64,000 nt of DNA from Vicugna vicugna (taxonomy: Eukaryota), in contig MU060796.1 of NCBI GenBank assembly GCA_013265495.1, positions 1,059,104 to 1,123,103 of the forward strand, read 5' to 3'. The notes beneath the pieces are model-generated. The model saw only the letters and a program-made list of their open reading frames with translations, was not told the origin of the DNA and made no database searches. This document shows positions 46,293-58,364 of the stretch, piece by piece (position 1 is the first letter of the stretch; each line of letters starts with the position of its first letter). The position numbers and the translations under genes were made by a program.

Positions 46293-47140
46293 TTCAATCA
46301 CTGCTTTTTCCCCAAATGCATACGTCTCTATGATAAGACATTCAGCAAATGTACGCACAGAAAAGAAAAAGTTAAAATCACCCATAGTCTTGGCACTCAG
46401 AGATAAGCATCTTCAACTGTTCTGAATGTTTCCCAATGGGATTTTTTAGAATGCCTAAGCTGACCCATGGTAAGAGGGTTTTCACTGAACAATTTACACA
46501 AAAACAGAAATGCCATTTTCTGCCGCCTTCTGGGTGAAAAGCCTATTTAAAATTGCAACCTTGGCTCGCCCTGCCTCCTTCCCTGCTCTACTTTGTTCCC
46601 CAGCACTCCCCATCACCCCTCAAACCCCATTGTGCTTCTTGGAAACCCTGTCAAGGTTGGGATTGCCAACCGTTTTGGTCACTGCCCTGTGCATGGTAGA
46701 GATGCAGTAAAAATTTACTGAATGAATTAATGCTGTGAAGAAATTAAATGTGGTTGCCAATTTAAGATGTAAGCTAGGTTTTAAACGCGTTTGCTGGAAT
46801 GCAGCAGCAACGGCTGTGCGTTACTCCCCAGTGGTCGCTGGCCGCACTGCAGCTTCCACAGCCCTCATTTTTGTTTGGAAGCATATGGAAGGCGTGGAGG
46901 CAGTCCCCAGAAATTCCACCGGCTAGAACCAAGCTCCTGCCCATCCTGGAACTTTCTGCATGCTCTTCTGCAAGGAGGCCCCTCTCATTTTCATCCCAGG
47001 CTCCTGGAAGGGGCTGGAAAAGACGGTCCTGAAAATCTCCTCCAAGCCCAGAGCCCATTTGGTCCTAATTTTGGGACGGGTTTCTTCCGAACTCCAACCA
47101 AAGCCAAGAGTCCCCCCGGGGGACCATGTCTGTGCCTCCA

Positions 47141-47440
47141 NNNNNNNNNNNNNNNNNNNNNNNNNNNNNNNNNNNNNNNNNNNNNNNNNNNNNNNNNNNN
47201 NNNNNNNNNNNNNNNNNNNNNNNNNNNNNNNNNNNNNNNNNNNNNNNNNNNNNNNNNNNNNNNNNNNNNNNNNNNNNNNNNNNNNNNNNNNNNNNNNNNN
47301 NNNNNNNNNNNNNNNNNNNNNNNNNNNNNNNNNNNNNNNNNNNNNNNNNNNNNNNNNNNNNNNNNNNNNNNNNNNNNNNNNNNNNNNNNNNNNNNNNNNN
47401 NNNNNNNNNNNNNNNNNNNNNNNNNNNNNNNNNNNNNNNN
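47141..47440. other. Assembly gap (300 N)
   Basis: Direct read. Confidence 1.
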
Positions 47441-47864
47441 AAAAGCAAGCGAGCAGTTTTAACCTGTCAGCCTTGGACATGCTGGCTACAAAGAGAGAGG
47501 TACTTCACCGGCCTGCAAAGAAAAAACATTTTCAGGGGAGTAGGAACTGAGAAGGAATCTTGGGCTCCACTTAGAGCTAGCCTCTCATCTCTCCCTGGTG
47601 GTCTTGCAGGGATTTGAGGTCTGGGGTATGCGGCTCTGCTCAGGTCTGCAGGCAGTAGTCTCCAAACCCCTGGGAAGCCTGGCTGTCCCCAAAGCAGGAG
47701 GACTGCCCTTTACTGTCTGGCCTCTGGCCTTCAGGTCTCTGCCCGGGGGAAATCCTGTCTCATCCCATTAATACAAGTCTCAGGACAGGACTGTCTCTTG
47801 CTTCCTCTGGACTCAACTGCATGGACTGGATGGGAGGGCTGGGTTATGTATCGATCAAATCAGA

Positions 47865-48075
47865 GCCATAGACAGTGGTCAAAAGCATGAGCTTTGGAGA
47901 CAGACTTCTCTGGGTTAGAGTTCGAGCTCTTTAATTTACTGGCTGTGTGACCTCAGACAAGCCACTTAACCTCTCTGAGACTGGGCTTCATCATCTGTAA
48001 AACTGGGGTGATCCAAGTCCTCATTTCATAGGATCATAGAGAAGCTTAAACAAGATAGTGTATGGAATGCACTTC
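47865..48075 (+). mobile_element. MIR SINE
   Basis: CAGTGGTCAAAAGCATGAGCTTTGGAGACAGAC...GGCTGTGTGACCTCAGACAAGCCACTTAACCTCTCTG. Confidence 0.85.
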
Positions 48076-51000
48076 ATGAGTTAGGATAATAAAGCTAGAT
48101 GCTGTAACAAATAACCCCCACAATTTCAGTAACTTAACATAATAAAATTCTATTTCTCACATAACAATTCAAGGGGGTGTTTCAAGTTCTCAAGCAGCAT
48201 TTCTCCCTGTGATGAAATGGGGACTCAGGAGTCCTCCATCCCATGGCTATGCTATCTCCTAGGGTTTCAGATTCCTCTACCACTCGCCTCAGGAAGAGGA
48301 CAAGACAGTGTGCCGGGTCCTGAGGACACAAACAGTTCAGTTTACTCACCTCGGAAGATTGGTGAAAGTAGCGGTCTCACCCTTACTCTGTGTGTGAGTC
48401 ACCTCTTCCGAGAAGCCTTCCTTTAACCCCTCATCTGAATTAGAAGTCCTCTCTACCTGCTCTGCCAGCATTCATACATGTCTGTATCTGTCACATCTGC
48501 TGGAATGTAATTTTGTGGGCAGAGCCTGGGCCCCTGTTGTCACAGCCATATTCCAGAAGAACTTAGCACCTGGCACCCAAGAAGGGTCCACTAAAAGTTG
48601 GTTGGAAGAATTTAACAGTAAAATCCAGAACCTTGGCATGGGGCAGACGCAGATTAGAGAATATTACTAAACAGGTGATTAATAAATGTTACTAACTGGT
48701 AAATCTAGAAAAAGTATATACAGGCATTCTTTACACCAGAGGCTACCTATGGCCCATGGGCCAAATTCAGCCCACCATCTGTTTCTGCAAATAAAGCTTT
48801 ATTGGAACATTGACCCCTGCCCCCCATGCACAAGCAGGGCTGGGAAAGGTAGCCCCTGACTGGGTTACTGCCTCCCAGGGGGAACTCCACACTGCACCAG
48901 GAAGAGCTCACGTTTTGGGTGGACAGATAGGGGTCACCTGCCACAAGGACTTGGTATACTGTTATTCATTAATACTAACGTTATGTTGGCGATTAGTGTT
49001 TTCTGATGCAACCGTCCGGTTGTACAAATGAGACCCAGGGAGCTCTGGGACTTACAGGAACAGACCCACCCTGGGAGCTAATCAGAAGATCCCACTCCGG
49101 CTCTTGGCTTTAGATAGTAGGGACTTAGGAAGTCCCCAGGATTTAGGAAGCCAGCATTTCAGGGCCATTGACAATTTTGCAGGATAGAAAAAGGTCAGCT
49201 TTGTTTTTCCCCCTAGGTTCTGGGACCAGACCTTCCCAACCTGCACTGCTCACCTGGAGCCCCTAGCTCACCATCGCCTCCTGCCCACTTGCCCAGACCC
49301 TTCTTCCCACAAAAAAGAGTCACAGCAGGCACAAGGCTGGGCTGAGGCCCTTTGTCTCCAGCTGAGGGTTGGGCTGGCCCATCCCCGGCAAGAAGTTGTT
49401 AGAAAAAGGCACCTTCTCCCTGCCCGGCCCCATGGCCCACTCTGCCTCCAAGCTGAGGTGGACCACGCATCCTGGCAGTCTTGGGCTCACCCTAGCCCCT
49501 CCCTTGACAGGCAGGTCTTGATGTGCAGCCTAAAGGGCAGCAGGGTGGGGGAGGGCAGGGGGTGGCACAAGAGTGAGTTAGATGCTCTGTGTCACCTGGG
49601 CAAGTCCCTTCCCTCTCCAGGCTTCTGCTTCCCTTCCTCCACCATGAATATGATGCCAACTGTACCACCCACCTTGCGGGGAGGTAGAGGGTGGGGGGTG
49701 AAAATCTAGAAACGTGACAACATCTTGTGTAGTAGATATTTGTTGATTTCGCAACCTCTCATAAGAAAACCCATTGTCTTTAATAAGAGCACCTTGATTT
49801 CCTTTGGGTACATGACTTCTCCAGCACTGTGTGCAGAACTGGTTGGGACTGTCTAACAAGATGCCCTGCCCTTCCCTGCCCAGTGGGTGTGCCCATGATC
49901 CCAGCTCAACCAATCAGACTGTCAGGGTGGGCCCTTAAGGCAGCCTCCCATTCTGGCTGTGTTCTGGGCATGGGAGCACTGACGTCCCAAAAGGCAGCCA
50001 TGGATCCCCAGAAGGAGCCATGCCGAGGGTGAGACCCCAGGCTGACCAGAGAGCCTACGCAGAGGAGAGTGGCAGCTTAGGGCCCTGGGGGCCACAGAGG
50101 ACACAGAGCTCGAGCTGTGGCAGGCAGGGAGGATGATTTCCCAAACAACAGGACTCCAGGCAGAAGCTGATGGTGATGGCCCTCTGTGTCCCACCCCCAC
50201 AAAGATGCTCTCCCCTGTCCTCTCTGTGTTCTTCGGCCCAGGGGGCTGATCGGTGGAACAGCCAGGATCAAAGAGGTCCCTTGCGCTTCCTGCTCACCTC
50301 CCCCTGGGAATTTATTCTCGGGCTCCCTCTCTGCGGGGCACGTGGGACAGATGCCTCCAGAAGGTCCTTTCTGTTGATTCTGATAACGGCTCCCTCCCCT
50401 GGTCCCTTTGGACCTACAGGTGGCAAGAACACCACAGTCATCCCTCTGCCTCCTGCCCACATGTGTGCAGACTGTACCTTTCGATGGCTTCCTGGAATGA
50501 TCCTGCTTCCTGCTGAGGGTCTAACTGCTAACCTGGTACTGACATCACCGGTTCTCTCCAGGCCTGTTTTCCATCAGCCCCCACGATGGGGCATCCCTTT
50601 CAAACTCATCAGAGAGGTGGCTGTGAAATAAGCCCCACTCTAGGACAACTTGAGGAGACACAGGAACCTCACCCCAGCAAGCAGTCAAGGGCCCCAGGTA
50701 GCCAAGCAAAGCCCACTCTATAAGTAGCTGACAACCAGAGATCTTTCTAGGCAAGATTCTGTGAATGTCTCCACCACAGTTGAGCACAGGGGTGGGGCAG
50801 GGAGGGCGGAGCAGAGGTGGGGCGGGGTCGGAGAGGGGCTGAAGGAGGCAGCTAGCCCTTACCTCATCTCTCTACTTCCCCAGGGCATTCTCTCTATTTC
50901 TAAGTGATCATAAAATACCTCAATCAGGAGGAACTGGTGACAAAAGAAGTGGCTTCACCACGAGCCCTTGGCACGAGACAGCCCTCAGGATAAGTCGCGG

Positions 51001-51619
51001 AGGACTGAAAAGGTTGCTGACGGTTTCCGTTAAGTATCTTTTCATTAGAGGTAACAATCACTTTAAGCAAATTGTTCCAGGGTCTGGAATGTGGCAATAA
51101 GTGATCTAATTAGTGGAGGCTGTAATTTAGGAAGGTTCATTATGTCACAGACATTATGACTCCTGGATATTACTAAAGGACTCATTTGTAGCCCTTGAAA
51201 TGATTTTCTCATGTCCGCACATAATGTCACCCATCGAACTACTGTGGAGCCTTAAGATGGCTGGACATGTAGGAAATGCCAGCTTTCTTGGGAACTAGGT
51301 TTCCCGAGAGTAATAAATAAGTGAACAGATAGTTATAGGAAACCCCAGTTTTGATTAAAACCACACTGGACCCTTCAACTCTGCTACCCAACATCAAATT
51401 AATCAGGACAAATGTAGCTTTCCCTAAGAACCAGAAAGCCTGTGACCTCTAAATATTTTCCATCTCATGGAGCCAGAAGGCCTGAGAAATGAATGGCTTT
51501 GAGTTTCTGTGTTCTTTTGTACCCTCAGCCCCCTCAAAAGAAAGCATACCTGTCATATCCATAGTCACAAAAATAAAACATGCTATTGACAGAACCACCG
51601 GCTTGTCACTGTGTCACTG

Positions 51620-52040
51620 GGGTGTGGCAGAGGCTAGCTGGTCTCTGCTACCTGTATTTTCCCTTTCCTCTTGGGCATCCAGCTAGACTACATTTCCCAG
51701 CCTCCTCTGTGGTTGAGGTGTCCATGTGACTGGGTTCTGGCCAATGGGATGTGGGCTGATAAGCATCACTGCCAGGCCTGATCCGTCCAACCTCAGCACC
51801 ATACTCCACGTTTCTCTTCCTGCCACCTACTGCCAGAAGGCAAAGATCCTGTGGGAGCTCAGCAGGTGCAGGGGGTGGCAGAGCCACCAAACAGAAAGAA
51901 CCTAGACTCTGAACGACTTGGGGAAGAGAGCCCTCTCCTATCCACTGTCAATAGGACAGGACATGGGTAAAAGCTAAACTGTGTGTATTAAGTCAAAGAG
52001 CATCTGTCCGTTTATAGCAATAGTTAGACCCTTGAGTAAT
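51620..52040 (+). mobile_element. MaLR LTR (MLT1H/I/J-like)
   Basis: CTAGACTACATTTCCCAGCCTCC...CCATGTGACTGGGTTCTGGCCAATGGGATGTG. Confidence 0.75.
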
Positions 52041-52599
52041 ACACGCCTATGGATGGGGCTCTCCATTACATCAGTGTTTCCCAGCTCCACCAGCCAAGAT
52101 CTCGAGGGGTCCATTTTCCATAGTTCACGCTATAAAAGTAATGGGTTTCTTTCCCAGTCTTCTTAATTTTTTTTTAAAGAACTATAGAAACTTCCTAACT
52201 TCCAAAACTTTCAACTTACAAACATTCACAGACATGGACAAAGCTGAGCACCAGAGTAAAGCCTGTTGGATCTGCTCCCCATGAAGAATACTTGTTGATA
52301 TGGTGCCAGGGAATTGAGCTGCTTTGCTTCTGACTAGATCAGACCAGTTGCTAGAGCTAGAAGGATGCACTGCTCTGATTGGCCCGGCCTGGGCCATGTG
52401 GCCATCCCTAGCGCTCAGAGAAATCCAGTTTCCCCAAACCAAAGGGGTTGAGAGTAGGGAGGACATGATCTCTCAAGGCAAACCAAGATGCTGTTATCAA
52501 AAGAAAGAGAAAATGGATGCTAAGCAGGTGAAATTAGACACACATTCAGAGCAGGAAACTAAGAAAAAACATGCTTGCGTTCTTTCCATGTCTTGGATT

Positions 52600-53260
52600 G
52601 GTTTAAGAAGATGTGGTATATACATGCGATGGAATGTTACTCAGCCATAAAAAGAATGGAATATTACCATTGGCAGCAACATGGATGGACTTAGAGAATA
52701 TCATGCTAAGTGAAGTAAGTCAGACGAAGAAAGACAATTATATGGTATCACTTAGATGTGGAATCTAATAATACAAATGAATCTGTATACAAAACAGAAA
52801 CACATAGCACAGGGAATTTTGTTCAACATCTTGTAATAACCTTTAATAAAAAAATACGAAAATGAATACATGTATATATATGCATGACTGGGACATTGTG
52901 CTCTACACCAGAAACTGACACATTGTAATTGATTGTACTTCAATAAAAAATTTTTAAAAAAAGAATATGAAAACAAAAACAGACTTAGACATAGAAAACA
53001 AACTTATGGTTACCAAAGGGGAAAGGGGGGATGAGGAGGGGTAAATTAGGAGTTTGGGATTAACAGATATGAACTACTTTACATAAAATAGATAAACAAC
53101 AAGAATTTACTGTATAGCACAGGGAACTGTATCCAATATCTTGTAATAAGCTATAATGAAAAGTTATCTGAAAATATATACATAACTGAATCACTTTGCT
53201 GTACACCTGAAACTAACACAATATTGGAAATCAACTGTACTTCAATAAAAAGGAAAAAAA
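52600..53260 (+). mobile_element. Cetartiodactyl-type L1 3' end containing a nested younger L1 3' end (52802-52965)
   Basis: ATGTGGTATATAC...GCAACATGGATGGACTTAGAG...GACATAGAAAACAAACTTATGGTTACCAAAGGGG...AACTGAATCACTTTGCTGTACACCTGAAAC. Nested piece contains GCATGACTGGGACATTGTGCTCTACACCAGAAACTGACAC. Confidence 0.9.
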
Positions 53261-53483
53261 GAAAGAAATTCTAGGGACTTTGCCCGGATCAAACAGCTAA
53301 GAAGGCAGAACAAACCATCCTCTCCTATGTCAGCTTTCTCCCCGTCGCCTCTATGGTAGCACAGGACAGCATGTCCATGGGGCAGCTGTTTTTGGTATTG
53401 TGACCCTCAAACTGGCAGCAACTGTGGATAATTATAACCACAGAGCAAGCACGTTCTGTAATGCATGGGCCATAAACCTATCG

Positions 53484-53663
53484 NNNNNNNNNNNNNNNNN
53501 NNNNNNNNNNNNNNNNNNNNNNNNNNNNNNNNNNNNNNNNNNNNNNNNNNNNNNNNNNNNNNNNNNNNNNNNNNNNNNNNNNNNNNNNNNNNNNNNNNNN
53601 NNNNNNNNNNNNNNNNNNNNNNNNNNNNNNNNNNNNNNNNNNNNNNNNNNNNNNNNNNNNNNN
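53484..53663. other. Assembly gap (180 N)
   Basis: Direct read. Confidence 1.
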
Positions 53664-54030
53664 AAGCTGAGAGAATCACCTGGCATTAGCTGGCCTCTTA
53701 AGAGTTTACCTGTGCAGCCAAGTTTATTTCCAACATCAAGCCCCAAAGGACTAAATCTATCTTTCACGGAATAAAAGTTGAGAGAGAATCCCAGACAGTC
53801 CTGGTCCTCGGGCACTTTTATCTTATTCTGGCTCATAGCATCAGGGGCCAGGCGTGGAGTAGGGTCTCCTAGGTGACACTTCCTGGGTGAAAGTGTGACC
53901 TGCATCGTCACGAGGACACTTATTTCCTTTGTGCTTCTTAATGCAGAAGCGTTTCTAGCAGACGTAACTTGGGGGAGGCGTTTGTATCTTGATTTGTTAA
54001 ATGTTTGGATGGTCTCAAGAGGTAACTCGG

Positions 54031-54381
54031 TGCTACAGAGTGAGTTGTGTTCCCCCTCCCTCCAATTCTTGTTGAAGACTTAGCTTCCAATACGATTGTA
54101 CTTGGAGATGGGGCCTTTGGGAGGTAATTAAGTCATGAGGGTGGAGTCCTCATGAATGGGATTAGTGTCCTTATAAGAAGAGACACGAGAGAAAAAGAGT
54201 TCTCTTTCTCCACCATGCAAAAAGACCACCTAAAAGCCAGGAAGAGAGCGTCCACCAGGAACAGAATTGGCCAGCAACCTGAACTTGGACTTAGCCTCCA
54301 AAACTGTGAGAAACAGGTATCTGCTGTGTGAGCCACCCAGTCTGTGGTATTTTGTTACAGCAGCCCCAGCTGACTAAGACA
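54031..54381 (+). mobile_element. MLT1A/B-like MaLR solo LTR
   Basis: TG...GAGATGGGGCCTTTGGGAGGTAATTAAGTCATGAGGGTGGAGTCCTCATGAATGGGATTAGTGTCCTTATAAGA...CAGTCTGTGGTATTTTGTTACAGCAGCCCCAGCTGACTAAGACA. Confidence 0.9.
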
Positions 54382-57214
54382 CTTAGCGAGGTCTTTTTCT
54401 GTCTGCCAATCACCCTGCAGAGCACCCTGTAGTTAGGAATAAAACAAATCCTTCTTTCCTTGAAGAACAATGGCAGTGATTTTCTTCCCCAGCCTTTCTC
54501 TTAGTGATGCTTTCAAAATATCCTCCAGAATGTTCTTCTGGGCCAGGCACAAATCAGAATTCCTCCAGCTGATTATGATTAAAAAATATGAGTTATTGAA
54601 ATGTTTAATTTCATCCAACGCTTGCCTCAGCTGCTTGATCTGATAGATTAAAACAAAAGAAAAAAAAGTTTTAAATCCTCCAAGGACTTTTCCAGACCTT
54701 CTCTGCTTTTGCCAGGCTGTGATCTAATCCCAGAAACCTCTTAAGGACTGTTTGGGCCTAGTTAGTTATTTAAGGCAGGCCGGCCGCTCACTCTGCAAGT
54801 GGCACTCAACACCTACCAATAATCAGATGCCTGGGCCCTAGACGCTTATATTTAAATAGCAGCTGCACTTTATGACCTCAAGCTTATTTAATCTGTCCTA
54901 TAAACATATGGAAGTTTCAGGAAAGCCTTGTGCATAGAGAGAAGAAAGTAGGTTTGGGGAGAATCAGTTCAGATAAAGCCTTTCTTTAAATGAGAACCGG
55001 CTTTATAAAGATGCTAAGCACGTTACCCGTTTTCCCTCAAACATCCAGCTGTTTCTTCTAACTGCTTCCAGAGGACCCAGACACAACCAGGAAGGCTCCA
55101 AGAGGAAAGATTCCAGCCTCGATGAAAAACAAAAACAAGGCCCCTCTCCCAGGCCCCTCTGGAGGGGCCTCGTGGCTTCTTGCCGAGACTTTGCGCAGCG
55201 AGCCGGCCGTCGCACCCGCACAGGTGTGCAGGCAGCGGCCGGGTACCTGCCTCTTCCTGCTGCTGACTGGCCCACCACCCCATTCCGCCTGCTCTTGCCT
55301 GTCTGCAGTCAGACCCAGATGTAAAAGAGATGACAGTTTCTGGATTTTTTTTTTTTTTAAGAGAGAAAAGAAACACTTGGGTCTCTTCAGCATGCTCTGT
55401 AGTGAAACCAGGCCGCTTCCAGAGAACCCACGGCAGGATGTGACCGGAAGAGTCAGTGCCCCACGGCTGGCTCTAGAGGATGACGGCCCTGCAGGGCTGG
55501 AAACATCTGGAGTGTGGGGACGAGGCTCGTCTCTCCTTGAGCTGGAGAAACACGCACAGCTGAGCAGGCTGCCAGGGCATCAAACTTACTGACACTAACT
55601 TGCACTGGAAAAGGCCTATGAGCAGAAGATACCACACTCAAAGTAGGGACTCTGCTCCTTGGTGACATCTTACACTTGGACAAGTGCTTTCAAACCCATT
55701 CTCTTAGATGGTCCCTGCACGAACGCTGCCCACAAAGGCAGGACAGTGACTAGCAGCCCCATCTTACAGAGGACAAAACTGACACACAGGTTAAGTGGCC
55801 AGAAGAAAGAGCTGCAGGAAAATCGCCGGTGTTGGGCCTGGTGGGTGGGTGGGCAGTAAACCCTGTGGTCATTATCTGCTAAACTGTCCTCAGTTCACAG
55901 AGGACGTGATCAGGCTGTGAGGCCTGACCAAGGCAGCTGGATACATGTTAGAACCACTAGGAAAATTCGCCATTCATACTCACAGGGATCCCGGGTTCAG
56001 TCTTCCAGGGCCACACAGCCCCTCAAGACAAGGCTGCACAGACCAGTCCAGACAGCTAAGGCTGAAGGTTTATCCTTATGCAGCTTTTTAGACTAGCAGA
56101 GGCCGAATAAGAATACAGTATATTTATCAAGAAGTAGAGGGCGAATCAACCCTTCAGGCCAGCTCTGCCCCACTCACCACCCCCTTACCTCCCCCTGGGG
56201 TGCCAGGCCACCGTGTTGAGGGGCAGAATGCTCTCGCCTCCCCTCCGCCCAGGGCCCCCCCTCTGCTGGGGCTGCGCCCTGCGCTCAGCTCTCCGCAGGG
56301 ACGGCTGGGCTTCCCTCCTCCCAGGACGCACCAGCCTCTCTGCCTCTGGCAAGCAGGCCCTCTAAGTCTGTCTTTATGTCCTTATCAGGGCTCCACGGCA
56401 GGCCCAGGTGCCAGGCCTCATTCACTCAATTACCATCTTCACAGGACACAATGCTCTCTTCTGAAAGGCTACACTGGGCGCAGATAGAGACACTTTCATG
56501 GCAAGGGTTCAGAGCTAAATCCTCTTTTGATACTGTCAGAAACTCCCTGCCAAGCTGACACTGTACGTTAGAGGGGAAAGCGCTCACCGGCGCAGAGAGC
56601 CGAAATTAAATTAAACAGGATATTAATACCTAGTAGTTAAGGAAATGATATTTCCTTTTTTTGATTCCTCTCTCTCTCAGTGCCGCAGCCAAAAAGTGCA
56701 TCCCAGCTTGGTTGAATCAGCCCGGCCTAGGGATTTTAAAAGCAAAACACCAACACGAACCGTCCCAAGGAAGACTCTTCCATGGGGCTCCTTCCCCATG
56801 CCTGGCCAGACCCCCAAAATCCAGTTGCTCTCTGTTCTATTGAAATGCAAGCTGTTTAATCCCTCCAGAAAGTGGTGGGATTATGAGTGGAGCTTTTTCT
56901 TATCTATTTTCTAAATTTTTTAAATTAGGGTCACATTAATTTTATAATAGAAATGATGTTTATATTTAAAAAAAAAAAGCAAGCAAGCTCCCTTTGCCCT
57001 CCCTTTGAGTCCAGTCCTGTGAAATTTCCCTGTCAGATGCTTGGCTACAGATCATCATTAAAAATGATGGCTCTATTGCTAGTGAAGCTCTACTGGGAGG
57101 TATTCTTTCGGCATTTTTCGTGTGCCAGGCCCTGTGCTAGGCACTTTAAGTGTGTCGTTTGTTTCACTTATTCCTCACGACAGTTGTGTCAGGTAGATGA
57201 CTCCTGTCATCCTC

Positions 57215-57735
57215 ATTCTCAAAATGTGTACACCCGTCTTCATAGCAGTATTATTCATAACAGCCAGGAGTGGAAACAACCCAAATGTCCATCGATGGAT
57301 GAATGGATAGCTAAAATGTAGCCCCTGCATGCAACAGAATGTTTATTCAGCTTTAAAAGGGGAGGAAATTCCAACACCTGCTACAACATGGACGAACCCT
57401 GACGACATCATGCTAAGTGAAATAAGCCAGATGCAAAAGGACAAATATGGATGAGTCCACTTACAGGAGTTACCTAGAGTAATCAAATCTGTGGAGGTGG
57501 GAAGCAGGCTGGAGGCTGTCAGGGGTTGGGAATGGGGAAGTTAGTGTTTAATGGGTGCACAGGTTCGGCTTAGGATGATGGAGAAGTTCTGGAAATGGAC
57601 AGTGGTGATGGTTGCACGGTAATGTGAATGTGCTTAATGCCACCGACCGGTTTGCTTAAAAATGGCTAAAAGGAGACATTTTTACGATACGTATATTTAA
57701 CCACAATAAAAGAAGTAAATAATAAAAAAGAAAAG
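57215..57735 (+). mobile_element. L1MA/MB-type 3' end inserted into a minus-strand MIR (about 57085-57830)
   Basis: GGAAACAACCCAAATGTCCATCGATGGATGAATGGATA...CATCATGCTAAGTGAAATAAGCCAG...GTGATGGTTGCAC...ATATTTAACCACAATAAAA. Confidence 0.88.
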
Positions 57736-57949
57736 GGAACACTGATACTCAAAAAAGTGAAATGACTTGTTCAAGGGCTACAGCCTGTCCGTGGCAGAAG
57801 CAGACCCACCTGTGCCAAAGCCCCGGGCTGGCCCTGCCAGGAATTCTGCTTCTCTGTGATAAAGCACAGGTGCTGTCCTGATAAGTCTCTCCGCTGCTCC
57901 AGATCCTCCAGTGGCTTCCTGTCCCTGCTTAAAACACAATCCAAGTCGG

Positions 57950-58340
57950 AATAACATTTAGAAATAAAAAGGAATGAACTACAGATGCAAGCTACGACGT
58001 GGACAAATCTCAAAAAACACTTTGCTCAGTGAAAGAAGCGAGACAGAAGAGACCACATATTGTATGATCCCATTCGTATGGAATATTCAGAAAAGGCAAA
58101 GCTGGATCAACAGCAGAAAGTAGACAGTGGTTGCCTGGGGCAGAGGCAGAGGGGGTCGGGGATCAAAGGTAAATGTGCATAACAGATCACACTGGGGTGA
58201 TGAAAATGTTCTAAAATCGATTTAGAGAGAGGGTGGCACCACTTGGTAAATCCACTTTAAAAAGCATTGAGTCATATACTTGAAAAGGGTGAATTATATG
58301 ACACGCAAAGCATGCCTCAATAAAGTTATTTTATTTAAAT
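57950..58340 (+). mobile_element. L1MC/ME-type 3' fragment
   Basis: AAAAAGGAATGAACTACAGATGCAAGCTAC...TGCTCAGTGAAAGAAGC...CAATAAAGTTATTTT. Confidence 0.8.
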
Positions 58341-58364
58341 ACAATCTGTGTTCTACAAGGCCTT

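Noticed and set aside
46791-47617. ORF cluster around the 300-N gap (also 53400-53911 and 33616-34027)
   Set aside because: Artefacts of translating through N runs.
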